A DNA stretch of 64,000 nucleotides from Schizochytrium sp. TIO01 (lineage: Eukaryota; Protista; Bigyra: Labyrinthulomycetes). The position numbers were made by a program, and so were the translations under genes. The notes under the pieces are model-generated. The model had not been told where the DNA came from, ran no database searches, and saw only the letters and a list, made by a program, of their open reading frames with translations. Shown here piece by piece: positions 63,299 to 64,000 of this stretch. Numbering within the stretch: position 1 is the stretch's first letter; every line of letters starts with the position of its first letter. The stretch is taken from contig SMSO01000036.1 in NCBI GenBank assembly GCA_004764695.1, positions 2,232,001-2,296,000 on the forward strand, given 5' to 3'.

Positions 63299-64000
63299 TT
63301 AGGTGTACATGACCTTCAAATCAAATCCTGACTTGGCCTTTTTGGAGTCTGTGCGGAAGTAAAGAATCACCTGCTGGGAATATGCAGTGAGCGTGCTCTT
63401 CTTAACTTTGCCTGAGTACTCCTCAACCAGCATAGTGTCAACCTCACCTGCCTGAAGTGAGGCGATATCAGCTAGAGAAGGTGACAGCACCTCATACACT
63501 TCTAGAATATCGACGTTCTTCTGAGTCTCGCCATTTACATACAGGGTAACAACACCATCCTCCGGGGCTTGGATGATCCAGCACTGGTCCATATTCGCGG
63601 CATATGTTTTGCTGTCTGGGTTTGTACCAAGCTCTACCCATTCTCCCTGAGTGTTGAGCTCCACAATCTGGTTTGCATCCGTATCATTGCATTTGTTGGA
63701 CCAAGAGTAAGATGCCAACTTTGGACAGCTGCTTGCTTTGGATACACATGTCCAACTTGCTTCATCAAGGATGTAGTTCTTGTCGCAGCGACAGTATGTC
63801 TTCAAGAACTCGGACTCCTCTTCGTACGTGTAGGTATCTTGAGGATCTGGGAGCGTGATGCACACTCGATTTGCTTTCTTAAAGCAAGAAGTGGAGACTA
63901 CCGAGTCGCTACACTTGGGCTCGCAATCCTCATAGTAGCACTGTGCTAAAATCATCGCATTTGGACACGCAGGATATTCGTCAACGTTGGATGGGATGGT
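63299..64000 (-). CDS. Third, divergent paralog of the TIL-like/CUB secreted protein, 5'-truncated by window
   Basis: Frame is open to the window edge (TIPSNVDEYPACPNAMILAQC vs AIPSNVDQYPSCENNMILAQC); all TIL-like Cys and the CUB motifs (YAANMDQCWIIQAP, DILEVYE, LYFRTDS...GF) align with copies 1 and 2. Confidence 0.88.
   Translation of the reverse strand, partial: TIPSNVDEYPACPNAMILAQCYYEDCEPKCSDSVVSTSCFKKANRVCITLPDPQDTYTYEEESEFLKTYCRCDKNYILDEASWTCVSKASSCPKLASYSWSNKCNDTDANQIVELNTQGEWVELGTNPDSKTYAANMDQCWIIQAPEDGVVTLYVNGETQKNVDILEVYEVLSPSLADIASLQAGEVDTMLVEEYSGKVKKSTLTAYSQQVILYFRTDSKKAKSGFDLKVMYT

Noticed and set aside
1-64000. CRISPR arrays, rRNA genes, intact transposons, prokaryotic operons
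   Set aside because: No spacer-interrupted repeats, rRNA signatures or transposase/RT ORFs; gene content is eukaryotic.

Overview
Eukaryotic genomic DNA. Long intron-free CDSs, tetranucleotide-microsatellite-rich spacers and PT-repeat secreted proteins suggest a stramenopile protist, probably a thraustochytrid/labyrinthulomycete (inference, not verified). Twelve credible genes, two truncated by the window edges: the 3' part of an NSUN2/Trm4-like m5C methyltransferase, a small membrane protein, an Rpp21/Rpr2-like RNase P/MRP subunit, a Cys-rich C-terminally anchored protein, the mitochondrial succinate/fumarate carrier SFC1, TFIP11/Ntr1, YIPF1/2, a DEK1-like multi-pass membrane calpain, a SWEET transporter with a ~500-aa disordered tail, and three paralogous secreted proteins (two complete, near-identical C-type-lectin-like/PAN/PT-repeat/TIL/CUB copies in a ~3 kb tandem duplication, plus a divergent partial third). 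Genes are tightly packed except for two ~16-17 kb ORF-free deserts lying directly 5' of SFC1 and SWEET; these contain microsatellites, GC islands and apparent decayed gene fragments (MCM-like, LRR-like). Highlights: the DEK1-like calpain has a Cys-His-Asp rather than Cys-His-Asn triad; the SWEET tail carries four tandem RxRxxS motifs; the secreted array has an unusual domain mosaic; a TGGGGTATAG motif is shared by two bidirectional promoters. All family calls come from motif recognition by eye; no searches were run.
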